This document shows positions 57,817 through 64,000 of a stretch of DNA of 64,000 bases, piece after piece. The translations under genes and the position numbers were made by a program. The stretch spans positions 62,124,001-62,188,000 of the forward strand of contig OZ024747.1 of NCBI GenBank assembly GCA_964016885.1, written 5' to 3'. How positions within the stretch are numbered: position 1 is the first letter of the stretch; every line of letters starts with the position of its first letter. Source of the DNA: Eledone cirrhosa. Taxonomy: Eukaryota. The notes below the pieces were generated by a model. That model saw nothing but the letters and a program-made list of their open reading frames with translations, was not told where the DNA came from and did not search any database.

Positions 57817-60800
57817 CCCTAACAGCTCAACTAATCCACCAGCATTAACTAGTATTTCATTTCATCGACCCCTTAGAAAGATGAAAGGCAAATTTCACCT
57901 CAGCAGGACTTGAATTCAGAGTGTATAGAACTGGAACAAATATCATACGGTAATCTAAACTATAATAAATTAAGAAGAGCGGGATTTCATACGGTTTATA
58001 ATTTTTTTATCCCCTTAGTAAAATAAGTTGGATTACTTTGAATAAATAATGAATGAATATTACATAATTTATCTACTAATTTCGTGGCTGTTCATTAAAT
58101 ATATTTTATTATTTATTTAAAGATTAAAGATAAGGGCGGTGAATTGGCAGTATCGGTAGAGGGTTGGACGCCATGCTTTCCAGCATAGTTATGTCCCTTA
58201 TCTGAGTTCAAATCCTACCGAGGTTGACTTTGCCTTTCATCCTTACGGGGTCGATAAAATAAAGTATCAGTAATGCACTGCAAATTGCTGGCCTTGTGCC
58301 TAAAGTAGAAACAATTATTTAAAATTTTAAAATGTCAACACTTCTGGTGAGTGATCGTTTAAATAAATACTCATATATTTCCGTCACGAATTTTCTCCTA
58401 ATGCGGTTTATATATTATATTGTCTTTTTTTTAATGTATCATGGATTACATTACTGATTACATAAGACAGTGTAACACAGTCTTCGTTCAATTTCTGTGT
58501 ATAGTGTCAATTACGATTTTATTTGATGTATCATATCTACATGCATATATACTTGCGTAAAATATCAATATACACACAACACATACTAGCAGAAAACCAT
58601 CCGAAGGGTGGTTTTTCTGCTATCTATCTAATGCTCTCTAACAAATCTGCCAATTCACAACCTTATAACAGTCATGACTGCTGATCTTGGCACATGGCAG
58701 AAAATTTCAATGAAAAAGGAACAATCAATTGAGTCAATGACTGGTACTTAGTTTATAAACCCTAGAGGGTTGACATGCAAAGTCAACCCCAGCAGAATCT
58801 GAATTCAGAATGTGAAGAAAAAACTAAATACTAAGAGATATTTACTCCAGTACACTGGTATTTCTGCCAACCCATCACCCTAAAAATAATGATTTCTGAT
58901 TTAAGCACAAGCAAAGCTAACCTCAGCAGGATTTGAACTCAGATTGTAAAGGGGCGTAACTATGCTGGGAAGCATAGTGTCTGACGCTCTAACGATTCTA
59001 CCAATCCGCTGCCCTCATCACCATAAAAATAATTATAAATGTTTATTCTAGAACAGAGTATATATTAGAATATCTAAGATAAATTTAATGCAGATATAAC
59101 TACAATTTCTTAATTATAAACCTTGCTGTCAAAATAACAAAATGTAAACACACTTTCTACTATTCCCTTTCATCATCATCATTTAATGTCCATCTTCCAC
59201 ACTAGCATGGGTTAGACGGTTTTGCTCCATTTGATGCGGGGAAAGGTCAGGAGACCATGTGACGCTCGCACAGAAGCGTCTCTGGCAGGTTTTTTACAGC
59301 TGGATGCCCTTCCTAACACCAACCACATTTACAGTGTAGACTGGGAGCCTTTTCACCGTGTCTCCTACAAGGCCACCTTACAGTGTGGACTGCTGAGTCG
59401 TCGACAAAGTGGACAGAACGAGAAAGGGAGGGTAGGGTAGGGTGTGGCGGTGAGGTGTACATTGAGTTAAGAGGTGCCTACTGACTGTAGGTTTGTATGC
59501 AATAGTAGTCTGTACAACTGCATGGCGCCAAAGGTCTCGATCCAGTGTCATTGTCTTAGAGAGGTGTAGTGAGCAAGGTCAGTTTTTATCACCTCGTCCC
59601 AGGTTTTTCTTGGTCTACCCACTCCGCAGCTTCCATCAATTTTCATTGCCCTGCACTTTTTTATACAGCCGTTGTTCTTCATACGCATCACATGTCCATA
59701 CCAACGCAGTCTCCTCTCCATTTCTGTCTATACTATTGTAGGTTGGTGGCATGTAGTAGGAAAAGGTATTTACTTTTGGTGTAACAGGGTAATCCAAGGT
59801 TGTGGGTAAGGTGCTCCACAATATCCTATGCAATTATCATCTCCCCATTTGGGTGATCTTTTCTTATTCACTATTGTTATATACCTATTAATGTCTTAAT
59901 TTAATACCTCATTTTCTTTTCTATGTAACTGTCTCCAATATCTTCAGTCCATGTGATCAATAAAAATTATTATTAGGGCAGTGGATTGGCAGTATCAGTA
60001 GAGCATCGAACAACATGCTTTACAGCATAGAATTATGGCCCTTTACGTTCTGAGTTCAAATCCCACGGAGGTTAGCTTTGCCTTTTATCCTTACAGGGGT
60101 CGATAAAATAACACTAGTTACACACTGGGGTCGATTTAATCGACTTTTCCCCTCCTTCAAATTGTTGGCCTTGTGCCTAACGTAGAAACAATTATTAGTA
60201 TTATTATTATCATACAAGGGCGGGGGATTGGCAGTATCAGTAGAGCATCAGACACCATGCTTTGCAGCATAGAGTAATGGCCCTTTACGTTGAGTTCAAA
60301 TCCCGCCAAGGTTAAATTTGCTTTTCATCCTTACGGGGTCGATAAAATAAAGTACCAGTAATACACTGGGTAATTGCTGGCCTTGTGCCAAAAGTAGAAA
60401 CAATTATTATCATTCAAGATCAACTTTGCCATTCATCCTTTCGAGGTTGGTAAAAACAAAAATGTACCAGTCTACTACTGGGGTTGATTCTTCCTCTATA
60501 TTTCTCAATCACTGGGGGAAAAAAATCAGCTGTATTCAGACCCAGAGAGGTGGGGGGCTAGTCTTGACGCCTAAATTAGAAACCATTGTTGTTGTTGTTG
60601 TTGCTCCAATTACTACTTCTATTAGAGCAGGGGGTACTTGTTCCTTGCCTCTCTGTTCAAATCAGGCTGAGATCTACTTTACCTTTCGTCCTTTCCAGGT
60701 TAATAAAGAAAGTAGCAGCCCACTCCTAGTGCTGACCGTTTCCCTTCCAGCTGCTACATCCTGGAATGTTCCAGATGGATCAAAGGAGTGAGGGTTGATA

Positions 60801-60886
60801 GGGTGTCCCTGTCAGATCGTGACTGAATGGACACCTAAAATCCTTAGTGAAAGCATGTAAATACTACCATGTCATACTCGATTGCG

Positions 60887-61120
60887 AGTAGTGGTAGTAG
60901 TGGTGGTGGTAGTAGTAGTAGTGGTGGTGGTGGTGGTGCTGGTGGTAGTGCTGGTGGTAGTAGTAGTGGTGGTGGTAGTAGTGGTGGTGGTGGTGGTAGT
61001 AGTGGTAGTAGTAGTAGTAGTAGTGGTGGTGGTGGTGGTGGTGGTGGTGGTTGTGGTGGTAGTAGTAGTGGTGGTTGTAGTAGTGGTGGTAGTAGTAGTG
61101 GTGGTAGTAGTAGTAGTAGT
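60887..61120. repeat. (GGT/AGT)n microsatellite
   Basis: Seen directly. Confidence 0.95.
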
Positions 61121-61372
61121 ATCGCTGCCATATCATTGTCGTCGTCGTCGTTGTTATTTTTATTTTTAATGAAAGCAGCTGATCTAGATTGTCAAGTCAA
61201 GCAACTATAACACCAGCGGGAGTGTGGGATGAGGTGACGATGATGGCGAGGGAGAGGTGAGAAAGACCAGTACAAGTTGTTCGCTTTAAGCACGAAAGCA
61301 ACCACTTCAGACATACTGCGTATACGTGTATATTACACATGTATATGTGTAATGTTACGAGCGAATGGGTGA

Positions 61373-61404
<32 letters not shown>

Positions 61405-62455
61405 TTTATAAATGTGTGACGACCTAGAGGTAAACTAGAAAACTCTTCCACCCGTTTCGCTTTAATTTACCACCACCACCGCCACCCCATGTTACGCTGA
61501 TGCTTGGGTGTGCCAAATAAGTGGCAAGGCATGGGTGTAGATTTATTCCTGGTAGGATCTTCTTTCAAGTGGATACTTAATGCGGTGCTAAACTGTCACC
61601 TGAAATATGTGGTTTCCATCACACGTGTTAGACTGTGTGAGTGTGTGTGTGTGTGTGTATATGTATGTGTCTACTACATCTTTATGTGCATCGATATTTG
61701 TCAATGTTTGTCTCAACATGAATAGCTGCTGCTGTTAAGAATGTCAACTCTTCCGGTGTTAGAGAGAAAACCAAAGACACAGGCAACAACCACTCACTCC
61801 TTCAGGGAAAAAAAGGAAGATCTTCGACAAAACAATAGACAATTATTTTCTCTCTCTCTACTAAACCCCAATGTAAATAAATATACGATAGGATTTTTTT
61901 GAAGATGGTCTACCCTATACGAAAATTCATAAAATTCCCGGCACATTGTAAATAGATCACAAAAATGACAGACATAATGTTAGTTGGCAAACACTGAAGC
62001 ATTCTGCTTTCAAATTCAACTGGGATCAACTTTATCTTTCACCGTTCTGGGGTCGATAAAATAAAGTGCTAGTCAAACACTGAAGTCGATTTAATAGGGA
62101 TTTTCCCCCCACGCCTTCTGTCTAAATCAGAAACCATTATTAAGTATTGGGGCGGGGGACTTGGGCTATAGTGGACGGTGGGTCTTTTTTTTTTGTATAA
62201 ACGTTAGTGTATTTGAATGGGGTTAACTGAATAATTGGGTTTGTATGATGTGTGTTGGGTTGTTTAGCTTAGCTGGAATTCCAGGTTTGTTTAGAAATAA
62301 AGTATTTTGGTTGCAGTAGACGTGGGTAGTTTAGACTTGTTGTATACGTTTTATCTTATCTTTTATTATTGAGTAGGATTATGCAGAGAAAACGTTCATT
62401 TTATATATCAATTATATGTGTTTGTGTGTGTGTAATGAACTTATAAACTCGGATT

Positions 62456-62542
62456 AGCGCCTGAAGAAGGGTTACTATTTTGATGCCTCTGGTTTTCTGG
62501 AGGTATGGTCAAATTTGGGCCTTGAAACCTTGAGTAAGCGCT
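62456..62542 (+). ncRNA. Hammerhead-like motif with long stem II
   Basis: AGCGC-CTGAAGA-AGG...TGCCTC..GAGGTA...CCTT-GAA-AC-cttga-GT-A-a-GCGCT; one extra base after the cleavage triplet. Confidence 0.6.
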
Positions 62543-63287
62543 TTTGTTCCGTGTATGAACATAAATAAATAATATAATATTCTATAATACATATAATATA
62601 ATATAATATAATATAATATAATATAATATATATATATGTATGTTCATAATAATAATAATCATTATTATTATGATACAGAAAACAGACAAACAGGAGTGAT
62701 ATGAATTGGTTCTTGCTACCAAAAACGTGTCTATCTTCGTGTCAAATCACAGTTACTTTATATGATGTATTTATTTCAATTATAAAAACATCACGATTGT
62801 AATTATTCAGCTGTAAATCGAATGTGTTTACCAGATCTCGATCTCTCTAGTTTATATATATACGTGTGTGTGTGTGTGCAGGGTTTGTTTGCGTGTATAT
62901 ATAAATGCCCCTGTATGTATATGTATGTATATGTATATGTATATGTATATATATATATGTGTGTGTGTGTGACAAGTGAAAATATATATGTAATTGATGA
63001 AAAGGAAGTGGATGGAAACATTCCAAGATTAATAAGAACGGTTTAATTCTTGGAATAATGGAAGAAATAATATTTATAAAGGTAACACAATTAAAGAAAA
63101 GGGTTGAGTGAGGATGAGATTGCCAACATGGACATTATCAGCATCAATACAATAAAGCTATTTAGAAAATGAAGGTTAAGTTGTGAAAACAAACTGAGAG
63201 GAAGAAAATAGAGAGAGACAAAGAGATAGAGAGAGGGAGAAAGAGAGATAGAGACATGGATAGAGAGAGGGGTAAATTATAACTCAC

Positions 63288-63428
63288 CCGGCAGTACCAT
63301 ATACTCAGCGTATTTTCTGACAGCACAGCAAAAAGCATACGATTACAGTTGCTGGCAATAAAATGAGGACATGACGACTTATCGGGTATTAGCTTCAGGT
63401 ACTTCGGCCACCCCAGGGGGAAATACAT
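63288..63428 (-). CDS. RIC1: RIC1 coding exon 1 (MYFPLGWPKYL...LSIWYCR, 47 codons)
   Basis: Translation matches the RIC1 N-terminus as I recall it (human MYFLSGWPKRL...FAVL..RLSIWYSR). ATG at 63428; ends CGG|GTGAGT, a canonical donor, phase 0. Confidence 0.95.
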
Positions 63429-64000
63429 CGTGCATTTGGCAATCCAAACCGTAACAGACGATAACTAAACTTCATGACAAGAACGAGAAGCCATTTAAGC
63501 TAAGAACCTAACCTACTTGTAAAAAAACTCATTTGATTGGTTGTTTTTGCTAATATACCAGCCAATCACATCTCAGCTTATAGTCAATACAGCTGACATG
63601 ATTCGCACTTTTAGAATTATTACATCTCATGTTGTTTATTTACTAATCTCATATTTATTAATGTACCATTCCGTTATTTGTTGTTTTCTTTTTAGTTTGA
63701 TTTTTACCTTGCGTAAGATTTTGATTTTTATATGTAGTCGTTTTGTTATTTATCCCACCGAGGTTAGCTTTGCCTTTTATCATTACTCAGTCGATAAAAT
63801 AAAGTACCAGTAATGCACTGGTGTGGATTTAATCAACTTTCTCGACCCCAAAAATTGTTGACCTTGTGCCAAAATCAGAAATCATTTACTATTGTATTTT
63901 CATGGTAAAGGCTTTACCTCACTTAATTATCTCACATAATATTAAATCAACGAGATTGTGATATTATTTATTTTGAGAACAATACCTTAACATAAGTATG

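Noticed and set aside
63429-63750. RIC1 promoter or 5' UTR elements
   Set aside because: Position is plausible, but no TATA box, CpG island or other motif can be supported from sequence alone.

Overview
Eukaryotic (animal) genomic DNA that is very AT-rich and full of microsatellites and transposons. The SINE types and huge (TA)n-derived arrays suggest a cephalopod such as Octopus, but this is inference. The only host gene I can support is the 5' part of RIC1 (RAB6A-GEF complex partner 1) on the minus strand. It has five coding exons (63288-63428, 9280-9387, 6705-6793, 5281-5388, 2841-2986), GT-AG junctions, consistent phases and a ~54 kb first intron containing a 200-N gap; the gene continues off the left edge. 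The rest is intronic or just upstream: a 5'-truncated Penelope-like element (PLE; RT + GIY-YIG, Naiad-type), other PLE remnants, CRE-, R4- and RTE-type LINE fragments, two tRNA-derived SINE families, piggyBac/hAT/Tc1-mariner MITEs, non-autonomous Helitrons and minisatellites. The most striking unannotated signal is a set of more than ten type I hammerhead-ribozyme motifs from several unrelated families. Most are minimal, with a palindromic stem III, and one has a U3-A8 compensated core. They sit in small unique-sequence islands between (TA)n/(AAT)n tracts and often come with an inverted duplication of neighbouring sequence. Several lie on the RIC1 pre-mRNA strand. Nearly all long ORFs in the supplied track are artefacts of simple repeats. 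All folds and family assignments were made by eye.
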